Assembly (NCBI GenBank): GCA_950097015.1
Contig: CATNEN010000029.1
Location: 372,001-436,000 of the forward strand
Reading direction: 5' to 3'
DNA from: Macrostomum hystrix
Lineage: Eukaryota > Animalia > Platyhelminthes
Length of the DNA stretch: 64,000 bases
This document shows positions 10,640 through 25,300 of this stretch, piece after piece (the stretch's first letter is position 1; every line of letters begins with the position of its first letter). Under the pieces are notes generated by a model that ran no database searches, was not told where the DNA came from, and saw only the letters and a program-made list of their open reading frames with translations. The position numbers were made by a program, and so were the translations under genes.

Positions 10640-11464
10640 ACGGCTTTTGATCATTATTATTGAGCTAATTTTCCGACGACAAATCATATGTAATGTCAGT
10701 TATTGATTTATTATCTTCTTAAATGTTATTTACTATGGATTTCGCATGATCGCCAGTTTTTATTATACAAATATTTTATTAATGCTGTTTTTCTGCACTG
10801 CTTCTAGAATTGTAGCTTTTGATTGTCGCTATCGCAGGTTTTTATCTATCATTTCATTGATTAGAGATTTCACGAAATTATTGTATTTTATAGTCAGAGG
10901 ACGTAAGAAATTTAGCTTTGTCAGCCGAGCCGTTGGCTTAATCTGTGATGCTAATTGTTTGCCGTGTTTGTTTGTTTGTTTTACGTCTATTGCGACACAA
11001 CTATAACTGCTTTACTAATTACAGCTTTACTGCTTGTAATGTGCCGGTTCTCTTTTTCTTTGGTTTAGGTTAGCTGTTTTTTTTTAAATAGAGCATGCTT
11101 TGGTGCTTACTTGTTAGTAGTAAGGCTGGATTGTGAAAACTGACTGTTTGAGCTGTTTTTAAGCCCCACTTGCCCCAGTGGGTAATGCTAGATGGCGCGC
11201 GTCTTATTGAACTTATAGGAGTGGACATTCGAAATCTAATAACTGTAATTATAACAACCTTGCAAGCTATGATGGCTGTGTAAAATATTGTCCAAATATA
11301 TATATATATGAAGCACTGAAAAGCATTGTTCCTGCCTATTTTGCCAAGGTACAGCTTGTACATAATGTTAAATACAGCTGCAGTGCTTTGTACAAATTAC
11401 TACTAAAAACTACTAAGCATTTATTTTATTATTTACCGATTCAAGTATCATTCCAAATAGATAG

Positions 11465-11936
11465 GGGGCGGCTAGCGTCGCTGCCTCGCACTCCAATGGA
11501 CGCCAGTTCGATTCTCCCTTCAAGTCACGATTAATTTCGGGACTTGTTGGAGGGTTTAGACAGTAGCGACGTGTGAGTTGTGTGCGTTGGCGCTGGGGCG
11601 TGAGGCCTTCGGGGGTGGCTGGGGGGCGGGTGTACACCGCCGCGCGCTTTCTGGACTTCCGTCAGCACGATTGGATAAGTGTACACCCGCCCCCTGAGGA
11701 CTGATTTCTTATCAGCCTTCCGCCTCCGGCTTGGTCTGCTCTGTGCGTGTGGGGCTGGGGTGGGGGGAACTGCTGCGTATTGCAGGGTGCCTCCTGCCCT
11801 CCCCGGCTGGTCTGTGCTGCTGTGCTGTGTGTGGTGCCTGCTCAGGGGAGGCGGCGCGATGGGCGCTAAGCGCCTAGTTCGCCGGTCTGGGGGCGTGCCG
11901 CTCCGTCGCTTGTGCGACAAGTGCCCGGGCCCCCTG
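11465..11936. mobile_element. Putative GC-rich inserted element (MITE-like) flanked by 11-bp direct repeats
   Basis: A GC-rich block in AT-rich intergenic DNA. CAAATAGATAG occurs at 11454-11464 and 11937-11947. The ends are GGGGGC and GCCCCC, and there is an internal perfect 16-bp inverted repeat. Confidence 0.5.
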
Positions 11937-13333
11937 CAAATAGATAGAGAAAATAGATTATTCCAGATTCGGATTTTAACCCAGATCCTTAATGTCATCT
12001 AAGATCGCGGCAATATTAAGGCTAGTTTAGACTCGCAGGTGATTTAAAGGCTTACAACACGACGATAATATAAGAGTATGCGGTTTTATTTTTTAGAGCG
12101 AAATTATGCTAAATAAGTATCGCTATGCAATTAAATAATAAATGAAGCACTAAAACACTATTAAATTTGTATTTAATTGGGAACCTCAGATAGGTGCCAG
12201 TTTTGGGTATGGGAGAGATCGTCAAGGTAGATTTTGGACAAACCACGCAAAATTCAGCTAAAAAACAGGGCACGAAAACTTGAGTAGCCTTACAAAATTT
12301 TTTAAACAATAGTTGTTCATTTTTGCCAAATAAATATAGCGCTATCACAATGCAAAAAAGCAAGGGCACAATGATCGAACAAGCTACTATGAGTAGTTAG
12401 AAGTCAGCTATGGCAAAGTTTAAAAAAAATAAAAACTTTGTTTTTATTTAAGCATTATAGTGAGGGACGATTAAAGAGCGGCATATTTGTGTTGTGTCCA
12501 TTTCTTATTAAATATAACTAGTCTTAAAAACTATATAATTGAACTAAACTTATATTATAAATTTTGCACACAAAAAACTTACCGACTACTCACGGGCAGG
12601 TGCGGAAAAGTAGCGTAAAATAGAAAGTATAATATAAAACGTCTTTTTCAGGAAGCATTTTGGGAAGCTAAAAGAATGATTTAAAAAAGGAAACAGCCCA
12701 GTTTACCGGGAAAGAAACAGCAAAAAATGGCATAGAGATTGTGCTTAATAAAAATTGTCTGGATGTACTTCTGCAGTTGTACTTTTAGCTAGCGCTAAAT
12801 TTCAAAATTAAGCGAGCATCCAGGCCGTAAATAGAAGAGATATTAAACAGCGAATCAGTGCATCAGATAATCAGCCCGCTAGATGGGTTCTTGGAATATA
12901 AATACGCAGTATATATCATGAGTATGAATAAGTTTATAATTGGACTCGGAAATTGTGGGACAGGATGACTGATTTTGCATAATTAAAATAAGACTACTAT
13001 GATTGGTGAAATAAATCACTACAGATAATGCAATATACGTTAAAAGTACAGGCCTATGAGTCCGCCAGTATTTAGCAATTAATTTACTAAACCAGTTTGT
13101 TATCGAATAGTAAATGATAATAACTGAATCACAAAACCAGTTTTGCGGTAATATATGGAAATATAGCGCATCGCGAAATACGGAGGTGCTAGGCGTGAAT
13201 TATAAAAAACTGTGTTTAAAAAACTAAATGGACGAGTCGGCTTGGCATCCACTCGCCAACCTGCAAGCTAATCTCACAAAAACGCTTCGCATAGTATCCA
13301 TTGTAAACTGAACAGTTGCTAAGGGGATGGCGC

Positions 13334-16300
13334 CTAGAACTCCACCCTGAAGGCGGTGCAAATCTTGTCTTCGGCTTCGTCGCCCTGCTGTTGCAGCCGG
13401 ATGCGGCAGTCGGAGGCGCTGGGCGCCAGGGTGACGCGCAACTGCTGCATCCGGCTGGCATTGCCGGCTAGCCAGTTGTTGAACAGCTGATTGCTGTGCG
13501 TTGGAATCAGGGTGACCTCCGGCTCAGGCCAGGCCGACTTGCCCTCCAGCAGGGCGTCTAGAATGGCTGGCTGCGGATCGCAGCTGCTCAGCACGTAGTA
13601 TCTGGCGCGGACCCGCTTGAAATACTCGGCGTCGGCGTACTGGCGCTCACCGTGGCCGGGCACGTACGCCAGGTCGAAGTGCAGCGGATGCACCGGGCCG
13701 TAGTTTACGGCGGGATGAGCAGCGGCCGAGCCAGGCTTGGGTTTTGCCGGAGCCGGGGCCGGTGCGGGAGCGGGCAGGCCGAGTGGCTCGTCAACGGTGA
13801 TTAGCTCGGCGGTGTCAGCTTCGGCGCTGTTAGTGTTGTTGGCATTCAGCTCCCAGGCTTCATGATGACCCTCTTGATGCACCCCATCGGCCTGCTGCTC
13901 CTCCGACTGGTGATGCTCCTGCTGGAACAAGTCGGGGTGCCACGCTTCAACCCTAGCCAGGTTGCTGGAATGTGGTGTACAACCCTAACCAGGTTGCTAG
14001 GACGTGGTGTACAACCCTAACCAGGTTGCTGGAATGTGGTGTACAACCCTAACCAGGTTGCTGGAATGTGGTGCACAACCCGAACCAGGTTGCTAGGATG
14101 TGGTGTACAACCCTAACCAGGTTGCTGGAATGTGGTGTACAACCCTAACCAGGTTGCTAGGACGTGGTGTACAACCCTAACCAGGTTGCTGGAATGTGGT
14201 GCACAACCCGAACCAGGTTGCTAGGATGTGGTGTACAAACCTAACCAGGTTGCTATGATGTGGTGCACAACCCGAACCAGGTTTCTAGGATGTGGTGTAC
14301 AACCCTAAACAGGTTGCTGGAATGTGGTGCACAACCCGAACCAGGTTGCTAGGATGTGGTGTACAACCCTAACCAGGTTGCTGGAATGTGGTGTACAACC
14401 CTAACCAGGTTGCTAGGACGTGGTGTACAACCCTAACCAGGTTGCTGGAATGTGGTGCACAACCCGAACCAGGTTGCTAGGATGTGGTGTACAAACCTAA
14501 CCAGGTTGCTATGATGTGGTGCACAACCCGAACCAGGTTTCTAGGATGTGGTGTACAACCCTAAACAGGTTGCTGGAATGTTGTGTACAACCCTAACCAG
14601 GTTGCTAGGATGTGGTGTACAACCCTAACCAGGTTGCTGGAATGTAAAAACGTTCAGTTTCGAGCCTCACTGTGTCAGCATCGGCGCCTGAAGTTTCAGC
14701 CAGTGAAATCTCTTCGACAGCCGCCGCAGCCTCAGGCTCGTGCTGCTCAGTCACCAGATTCTCGTCAGCCGTCGTAGCCGCAGGGGCGGCAGCCGGAGCT
14801 GCAGCAGAAGCAGCCGCAGGCTTAGCAATCTTTCGTCCAGCGATAGGTTTCGCCGGCGCCGCCTTGGCAGCCGGAGCAGCAGCTGCAGACTTGGCAGGCT
14901 CCTTCTTAGCAACGGCAGCCGGCTTGGCCGACGAAGCAGACACCGACTTAGACGCTGCCGATGCTGACGACTTGGAGCCGGGAGCGGCAGCAGTTTTGCC
15001 AGGATCGCCGGAGGATGCGACCGGCTTCTTGACAATGGGAGCAGCAGCAGCAGCAGCTGGGGCCTTCTTGACCGGAGCAGCTGCGGGAGCCGGTTTCGGC
15101 TTAGGCTTGGCAGCAGCCGAGGTGGCGGCGTGGTCGCCGGAGGCTGCGGGCGCGGGCTTTTTAGGAGCAGCGCTAGTAGGCTTGTGAGCAGCCGCACTAG
15201 CCGGGATGTACTCGGCCGACTTTAGGCAGTCCAGTCCGCGGACCTTCTCCAGGCCTTCAATGACTCGCAGCTGCGGGCAGCAGCCGGGCAGCAGTAGGCG
15301 AGTCCAGGCCAGCTTGGGATCGCTGGGCCGCCAGACCAGCAGGCAGCAGAGCGAATTGGCGTGCGAAGGGCTGGCGTGGCAGAGTCCAATCCGAGCCAAC
15401 TGCCAGGGCTTGCCACCGGCTGAGGCTGCCTGCGACTGCAGTTGGGCCACGAAGTCTTTGAACTCCTTGCCGTCGGCCACCGGCTGCAGCGGATACAGGT
15501 CCAGAGCGCCGTTGCCCAGCTTGCTGTAGAGCGTCACTGGCTGCGGCTGCCCGGTGCCCAGCCGGCGCACCTCCTCCAGGTGCACGTTGAGGCCGCGCAA
15601 AAGGCGCACGGCCGTGGCCGAGTCGCGCCGGACGCTGGCCTCAAGCCGGTGCTGGCCGCCGTTGGACGCCTCATCCTCGGCGGCTGGCTTAGGGCGGCAG
15701 GGCAGCAGGGCGCAGCCCAGGGTGGGGGCGCCGCCAGCTTCCTTGGCCGACAGTCGCTCCAGCAGGGCCAGCAGTCCGGGCAGATTGTCGTGATCCCAGT
15801 GGCTCAGTAGGAGGCCGTCAAGCTGCGGGTTTGTTTATTGAGTAGGTTTGGCATTGCACTTTAGCATGCCAAACTGGAAACTAAGAAACTGGCTGAACAT
15901 GACAATGCATTTAGATTCAGGACACTGCGATGGGACTTCAGGACACTGCGATGGGACTTCAGGACATCACGGGACTTCAGGACACTGCGATGGGACTTCA
16001 GGACACTGCGATGGGACTTCAGGACACTGCGATGGGACTTCAGGACACTGCGATGGGACTTCAGGACACTGCGATGGGACTTCAGGACACTGCGATGGGA
16101 CTTCAGGACACTGCGATGGGACTTCAGGACACTGCGATGGGACTTCAGGACACTGCGATGGACTTCAGGACACTGCGATGGGACTTCAGGACACTGCGAT
16201 GGGACTTCAGGACACTGCGATGGGACTTCAGGACACTGCGATGGGACTTCAGGACACTGCGATGGGACTTCAGGACACTGCGATGGGACTTCAGGACATC

Positions 16301-19300
16301 ACGGGACTGTCACGGGACTTCAGGACACTGGGACGAAACTTCAGGACACTGGGACGGGACTTCAGGACAACTGGGATGAGAATTCAGTACACTTGGACGG
16401 GACTTCAGGACAACTGGGATGGGACTTCAGGACACTGTGATGGGACTTCAGGACACTGCGATGGGACTTCAGGACATCACGGGACTGTCACGGGACTTCA
16501 GGACAACTGGGATGAGACTTCAGTACACTTGGACGGGACTTCAGGACAACTGGGATGGGACTTCAGGACACTGTGATGGGACTTCAGGACACTGGGAAGG
16601 GACTTCAGTACACTGGGACGGGACTTCAGGACACTGCGACGGAACTTCAGGACACTGTCACGGACTTCAGGACACTGCGACGGGACTTCAGGATACTGGG
16701 ACGGGACTTCAGGACACTCGGACGGGATTTCAGTACAACTGGGATGGAACTTCAGGACACTGCGATGGGACTTCAGGACACTTGGACGGGACTTCAGGAT
16801 ACTGGGACGGGATTTCAGGACAACTGAGATGGGACTTCAGGACACTGCGACGGAACTTCAGGACAACTGGGATGGAACTTCAGGACACTGCGATGGGACT
16901 TCAGAACACTGGGACGAGACTTCAGGACACTGCGATGGGACTTCAGAACACTGGGACGAGACTTCAGGACACTGCGATCGGACTTCAGAACACTGGGACG
17001 GGACTTCAGGACACTGCGATCGGACTTCAGAACACTGTGACGGCACTGGAAGATGCTGAAGCATCTAATATAAAAAGGACGCAACCAAGCCAAACCAACT
17101 CACCCGATCCAGGTGGGCCAGGAAAGGCCAGAAAGCCGGCGTCCTACCAGCGCCAGTATTTACTAGCAGGCCGAAACCGTCAACGCCCAGATAGCAGGAG
17201 TCGCCTAAGCCAGCCGGGAACACGTACAGAGTAGGCTTCTGAATGCGAATATTGCCAACTGTGCCAGCCGGCCGCAGGCGCTGCTCAACGCTGGCGAGGC
17301 CGCACTGTTTGCCCGCCAGGAAGCCGGCTAGCTGCACCGCGCCCGACACAGTGGCCTGGTCCAGCTCCGACTGATGGGCGGCGGCGTGCGCGCGAAACTC
17401 AGTCAGGGGCGGCTTTACAGACTTCCAGCCAGAGCCGGCGGCATTGAGGGCGCACGAGATGGTAAAGCTGCGTGTGTTTTTAGAGGGAACTTTAGCTTTA
17501 GACTGTCAGCCTACTGCAACTAATTGGCAGCCTACTGCAACAGACTGTCAGCCTACTGCAACAGACTGTCAGCCTACTGCAACAGACTGTCAGCCTACTG
17601 CAACAGACTGTCAGCTTACTGCAACTGATTGTCAGTCTACTGCAACTGACTGTCAGGCAACTGTAACTTCAATATTTTTCGTATGCTCACCGATGATCCG
17701 GAGGTAGCGAGGCATCGGGCGCGGATCGCAGCATTTGAGCGAGACGACTGTTCGATACGCTGCCATCCTTAAGCAGCCAGTCGCCGAGTTCGTCAGACTG
17801 GCGTCCGGCGAAGACTACGTGCCTGTTGACAAACTGAGTTTGCAGAAGCCACTCGAACTGGCTGGCCAGGGTGAACAAACCCGGATTGATGACGGCGGCC
17901 ACGCACAGATTATTGGAGAATACGCGAATCACCGACTCACCTGCAGGACAGAGGAAGCCAATAATTATAATTAAAGACAATTTAAAATAATAAATCGTGA
18001 CCCATTATCACAGCTTAAATGACTCCAACCAAGATTTCGGACGATTCTAACTAAGATTTCGGACGATTCCAAATAATATTTTGGACGATTCTAAAGAAGA
18101 TTTCGGACGAGTCCAACTAAGATTTTTGACGATTCCAACTAAGACTATGTAAGATTCTAACCTAGATTTTCGATGATTCCAACGAAGACTATGTAAGATT
18201 CTAACCTAGATTTCGGATGATTCCAAATAAGACTTTGGAAGATTTAAATTAATATTTCGAAAGATTTCAATTGAGATTTGGGACGATACTATTTCAGAAT
18301 TTGAACGCTACCAACTGAGATTGTTCATGATTCCGACTGAACTGCTGTAAGATAAGAGTTGCAGAGTATGTTGGACTGCAAAAGCTTTCGTAACAAACAT
18401 CGATTTAATACTTAAGTCCCTTTTTTCACTATCGAGCGTGTCCAACTCATAGCTAGCTTCCATTCCAGGTTATAATATTTACGAGACCCTAGGTCAGCAT
18501 TGAAACACGGCAGATATGCTACAGACGAGTGAGAATCTAGTTTGCACTCAGCTACCAGACAAAGTTTAAGAAAAAACGCCTTAAAATGCTATTTCCGACG
18601 CAGCCAAATGTAAAGTGAGAAGAAGACAGCAAATTTTCAGTTCCAGTAAATACGAGTAAAAAAACAACCATTAACTCAGTTTTTACAGATAAGAACGGAG
18701 AGCAGGTTAAAGAAGTCTGAGATTTAAAATGCTTCGCTAATAGCTTAACAACAAAACACCTGAAGCAGGCGTATTCACACTGCGTGAGACAGTTTTTAAG
18801 ATTATTATATTACTAAAGTCTTCGTTTAAAATAGAGCAGACCCATACAGGGTTAACAATGCATACATTTTTTATCAAAATATCGCTACTTTAATAACTAA
18901 TTTAATATTAAAGTTGTACACAAAGCTGAGCTTAGACAAAAATAATCTTTGCGTATATTCCTAATTTTGAGCTACAATATTGGCAAAGCGGAGAAGCAGG
19001 CATGTGTGATAATTTGACTTTCATTTGGCTGCAATTAGCCAACTCTGTTTCATAAATTTCGAACTTGGCCAAAAACTGGCCAAATTATACAACACAATAA
19101 TTTGAAGAGAGACTAGTGAGAGGGAACTAACTCAAGTGGACATTTTGTACAGCTCGGTACACACTTTACAGTTAGCGGGAAATGGACACATCTGGACAGA
19201 CGAAAAATACTTTCTGTCTCCAAACCTCCCCCACTGACGGACTGACTCAACCACACAGCTTTTTATTTACTGTTGAAGTTCTTTCCGATTTGAGCACACA

Positions 19301-22300
19301 ATGGCTTGAACAAAATCTGTGATTGATTTTCTGTTCATTGGTGAACTTGGGTCAACAGGAGCGGGAGAAAGAGAGCTACATCTAAATTACTTTACCTTTC
19401 TTTGTACGAAAAATGCTAAGCCTCTCTGTGAAATCTATCTTTCAGTTGTTTACGAACTTATTAATATTATTATTATATGTTTATATTGCGTTCGAATTAA
19501 TCTCACTCAAACGCGCACAATACAAAATAAACAAGACAATAATAAAAACTAGGTCAGTTATCAGTCGCATGCTCAAATCGAAATTTTGAGAATGCTTCAC
19601 CGCAGCAAACTATTATCAGCAAGAAGGCAGGAAAAATTTCTAAGCAATTTCTTTCGAGCAAATATGAAGAACCGCCAGAAACTATACCCACACTCCGCAC
19701 ACAGAGCCAGACGACACAGAACATATACTAGGCCGATAGGTACAATAAGGGGAAGGCGAGAGAAGAAGCAGATAGAGAATAGAGCAGGAATGAGAACATA
19801 GAATTGAGTATATAGTCCCACGCGCTGAGCAATCTGACTGTACCCTGGCTCACCTCAAGTCTGACGAGTGCAATCTAGAATGCTGTCTAATAGCGTCACT
19901 ATCACAATACACAAGTCTGTGCAGCGATAGTCTTTTCTAAATAGACAACCCCTTCAGGTCATTGGCACCTTGCTGTTATATCTGCTGTTGGTTGCGTTCA
20001 AGAAAAATACTTCTATTTATAACTATGCAACCATAAATGAAGCTATATGCATAGGCGACTCAAAGGGACGACTGTCTGGAGTCACGGGATGATTCTTACT
20101 GGAGTCACGAGATGATTCTTACTGGAGTCACGGGATGATTCTTACTGGAGTCACGGGGTGAGGTGATTCTTACTGGAGTCACGGGGTGATTCTTACTGGA
20201 GTCACGGGGTGAGGTGATTCTTACTGGAGTCACGGGATGATTCTTACTGGAGTCATGGGATGATTCTTACTGGAGTCACGGGGTGATTCTTACTGGAGTC
20301 ACGGGATGATTCTTACTGGAGTCACGGGATGATTCTTACTGGACTCACGGGATGATTCTTACTGGAGTCACGAGATGATTCTTACTGGAGTCACGGGATG
20401 ATTCTTACTGGAGTCACGGGGTGAGGTGATTCTTACTGGAGTCACGGGGTGATTCTTACTGGAGTCACGGGGTGAGGTGATTCTTACTGGAGTCACGGGA
20501 TGATTCTTACTGGGGTCACGGGATGATTCTTACTGGGGTCACGGGATGATTCTTACTGGAGTCACGGGATGATTCTTACTGGAGTCACGGGATGATTCTT
20601 ACTGGAGTCACGGGATGATTCTTACTGGAGTCACGGGATGATTCTTACTGGAGTCACGGGACGATTCTTACTGGAGTCACGGGATGATTCTTACTGGAGT
20701 CACGGGATGATTCTTACTGGATTCACGGGACGATTCTTACTGGAGTCACGGGATGATTCTTACTGGAGTCACGGGATGATTCTTACTGGAGTCACGGGGT
20801 GAGGTGATTCTTACTGGAGTCACGGGGTGATTCTTACTGGAGTCACGGGGTGATTCTTACTGGAGTCACGGGGTGAGGTGATTCTTACTGGAGTCACGGG
20901 ATGATTCTTACTGGGGTCACGGGATGATTCTTACTGCGGTCACGGGATGATTCTTACTGGAGTCACGGGATGATTCTTACTGGAGTCACGGGATGATTCT
21001 TACTGGAGTCACGGGATGATTCTTACTGGAGTCACGGGATGATTCTTACTGGAGTCACGGGACGATTCTTACTGGAGTCACGGGATGATTCTTACTGGAG
21101 TCACGGGATGATTCTTACTGGAGTCACGGGATGATTCTTACTGGATTCACGGGACGATTCTTACTGGAGTCACGGGATGATTCTTACTGGAGTCACGGGA
21201 TGATTCTTACTGGAGTCACGGGATGATTCTTACTGGAGTCACGGGGTGAGGTGATTCTTACTGGAGTCACGGGGTGATTCTTACTGGAGTCACGGGGTGA
21301 GGTGATTCTTACTGGAGTCACGGGATGATTCTTACTGGGGTCACGGGATGATTCTTACTGGGGTCACGGGATGATTCTTACTGGAGTCACGGGATGATTC
21401 TTACTGGAGTCACGGGATGATTCTTACTGGAGTCACGGGATGATTCTTACTGGAGTCACGGGATGATTCTTACTGGAGTCATGGGATGATTCTTACTGGA
21501 GTCACGGGGTGATTCTTACTGGAGTCACGGGATGATTCTTACTGGAGTCACGGGATGATTCTTACTGGAGTCACGGGATGATTCTTACTGGAGTCACGAG
21601 ATGATTCTTACTGGAGTCACGGGATGATTCTTACTGGAGTCACGGGGTGAGGTGATTCTTACTGGAGTCACGGGGTGATTCTTACTGGAGTCACGGGGTG
21701 AGGTGATTCTTACTGGAGTCACGGGATGATTCTTACTGGGGTCACGGGATGATTCTTACTGCGGTCACGGGATGATTCTTACTGGAGTCACGGGATGATT
21801 CTTACTGGAGTCACGGGATGATTCTTACTGGAGTCACGGGATGATTCTTACTGGAGTCACGGGATGATTCTTACTGGAGTCACGGGACGATTCTTACTGG
21901 AGTCACGGATGATTCTTACTGGAGTCACGGGATGATTCTTACTGGAGTCACGGGATGATTCTTACTGGATTCACGGGACGATTCTTACTGGAGTCACGGG
22001 ATGATTCTTACTGGAGTCACGGGATGATTCTTACTGGAGTCACGGGATGATTCTTACTGGAGTCACGGGGTGAGGTGATTCTTACTGGAGTCACGGGGTG
22101 ATTCTTACTGGAGTCACGGGGTGAGGTGATTCTTACTGGAGTCACGGGATGATTCTTACTGGAGTCACGGGATGATTCTTACTGGAGTCACGGGGTGATT
22201 CTTACTCGAGTCACGGGATGATTCTTACTGGAGTCACGGGATGATTCTTACTAGCGTCACGGGATGATTCTTACGCTGGCGTCACGGGATGATTCTTACA

Positions 22301-25300
22301 CTGGAGTCACGGGATGATTCTCACTGGAGTCACGGGATGATTCTCACTGGAGTCACGGGATGATTCTTACTGGAGTCACGGGATGATTCTTACTGGAGTC
22401 ACGGGATGATTCTTACTGGAGTCACGGGATGATTCTTACTGGAGTCACGGGATGATTCTTGCTAGAATTAGGGCGATTCTTACTAGAGTTGGGACGATTC
22501 TTTCTGGTATTGGGACGATTCTTTCTGCTATTGGGACGATTCTTTCTGCTATTGGGACGATTCTTTCTGGTATTGGGACGATTCTTTCTGCTATTGCTTC
22601 GATTTTATCTCTAGTTGGGATGATTCTTACTGGAGTCACGGGATGATTCTTACTGGAGTCTCGGGATGATTCTTACTGGAGTCACTGGATGATTCTTACT
22701 GGAGTCACGGATGATTCTTACTGGAGTCACGGGATGATTCTTGCTAGAATTAGGGCGATTCTTACTAGAGTTGGGACGATTCTTTCTGGTATTGGGACGA
22801 TTCTTTCTGGTATTGGGACGATTCTTTCTGCTATTGGGACGATTCTTTCTGGTATTGGGACGATTCTTTCTGCTATTGGGACGATTCTTTCTGGTATTGG
22901 GATGATTCTTTCTGGTATTGGGACGATTCTTTCTGCTATTGGGACGATTCTTTCTGGTATTGGGACGATTCTTTCTGGTATTGGGACGATTCTTTCTGCT
23001 ATTGGGACGATTCTTTCTGGTATTGGGACGATTCTTTCTGCTATTGGGACGATTTTTTCTGGTATTGGGACGATTCTTTCTGCTATTGCTTCGATTTTAT
23101 CTCTAGTTGGGATGATTCTACCTAAAATTATAGCGCCGATTTTACACTGACTAAAATGGGGTATGGTTCTGCCAAGGATCAAGACAAGAGTTTTCTTGGT
23201 GTACAAACTAAAGCAAAAGATATTTGAATAAAACACTTCTCAAGCACTGACTACAGAGATCAGTTGACCGGGTGCATTCAGAAAAAAAGCTAGCCCACAA
23301 AGTAGCAACAGCACCCAGTCCTAAATGCTTTCTAAACTGTTTGAAGTGACTCAGAGCAGCCGCTCTTTAAGACTCTCCCCAGACTCGACCTCCACCCGGC
23401 CTTCCATTTTCTTTCCGAGTTTAATAACTTAAACTGGAAGTCTTCTCCGTATGAATTGTACACTAGCTATTGAATTCGCATGCGAACTAAACCCTGCCTT
23501 AGCCATACTAGCTTGTAAACAATAAAGCCATTCTCTATGTTTCTTAGAATCGGCCACTACTTTACTCTCAGCATAAAGACAGCTCGGTAGACGCCACTCG
23601 CCAGTTCTATCAGGCGGTCTCGATTCCGCTGCAAATACAGTTAAGCTAATAACACATAAAAAATATCAGCTTACAGAATTGGCAGCGGAGAAACCCGCCC
23701 CCTACATATGCATGCGTAATTAGAGTATTGAACACCCCAGCCTGGCACACTTCTCTGACATAAGCACCGATTAATAATTCAGGGCTCGCATAGATTTTGC
23801 AATAAGTACTATTTAAGACTAGTTCAAAATGACATCAACCAAGGCTAGAACGAACCATTGTACATTCTTTTATGAAATAGCATGGATAGTGAAATTGAAA
23901 CTGACAACAATTAAAAGAATCAGTGCATGAGCTGAAATCAAACTCACCTTTCTCATTTTCGTTGAAGCTCTGCGGACTGGGATTTGAAGAAACGAAAGTT
24001 TTTAACTCTTCATTGATGTCGAATCCTAATGAGCTGGTGTCCCAGGAATTCACACCTGCACAAATTCATTGTTACCATTTAAGTTCATTTTTATCAATAA
24101 GAATATATATATATATGCATATAAGTGATATTAACTTGGGCAAGCAGATGGTAATTTTTTTCATTGTAGCAAACCAGCAAAAAGTCTTAAGATCTAAATT
24201 TCTAAGCAAACAGAAGCAAAAAAATGTATTGCTTGCATCAATATATGTACAATAAGACTAAAACTTAAATTTTTTTATTAGCTAGTCTTAAAGCTCTAGT
24301 CTAACCACTATGGCCTAGAAAAATGTGACACTATGACAGAAAGTGCATTTTGCTTTTTAACTGGCTAGCTATATCACTGCATCAGCATCTCTAGACATAG
24401 CCATTATAATACATAATTCTAAGCTCATATATTAGTTTGCTATCCTTGGTAGGGTATATAGACAAGACCTACATGTTTAGTTATATTTAATCTAGTTCTA
24501 AATTACTTTTTGTCTTAATTAGGACCAATTAGGACAAATTAATTCACACTATTAATTTGAGTGATCTACATAATTATAATTCTATAGACCCAGTATAGCA
24601 TTAGGCATTAGGCCTCTATAATTATATTATTAGCAAATGTTCTTTAAGATCTAGACCTTTTATATAATTATTCTTTTATAATTGTAGGAGAGCTACAGGC
24701 ATGGTACATCATTTGGTGACCCTAGACCTGTAGCCAGCAAGGAGGCGACTCTGCCCATTCCACTGACTTCTGAGCACACTATGCACATAGATATCATATG
24801 CTGGCATAGTTTAGACAGGTCTGCACATTGGCCTTGACTTTCTTGTCATCAGGCAGTATACACTTTCACAATGCCTTGGAAGTTGGCCCTTAAGGATATA
24901 AATTGCATAACAAGTCCCCTCTTTTACTTCTCTCTGCAGCTGCAACCCAAATAAATCTGGCCTTGCCACAGACTCGAGCTCAAGGACCTGCAATAGGCAA
25001 ACAGATTAGATTGCTCTGCCATTCCCAAAATAGGCCTATAAGGTAATAATCAAAATGATATTTTTTGATACATTTTTTGTAAAATTTACAAACTTTTAGA
25101 AAATAAAGTTGCTGGGCAAATTATGAAAAATAATAGCTAGACCTACTAATAGAATTAAAAAAAGTCTACATTGTAGATATTTAAAATAAGGCTTGATATG
25201 CCCAGACATTAAATTCATTTTTTTTAGTTTTTCTTATTTAAAAATAAGGCAAAAATATAGAATAAGGTCTGGACTAAATTCAAAGCCCGATTCTTTACTT

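Noticed and set aside
15848-17234. Long ORFs with GTSGHCD / MGLQDTA repeats
   Set aside because: 21-bp minisatellite inside a MAP1 intron, open in several frames and on both strands.
22452-23236. Amphipathic, antimicrobial-peptide-like GTILSAI repeat ORFs
   Set aside because: Product of the 21-bp array within a MAP1 intron, with no splice or promoter support.
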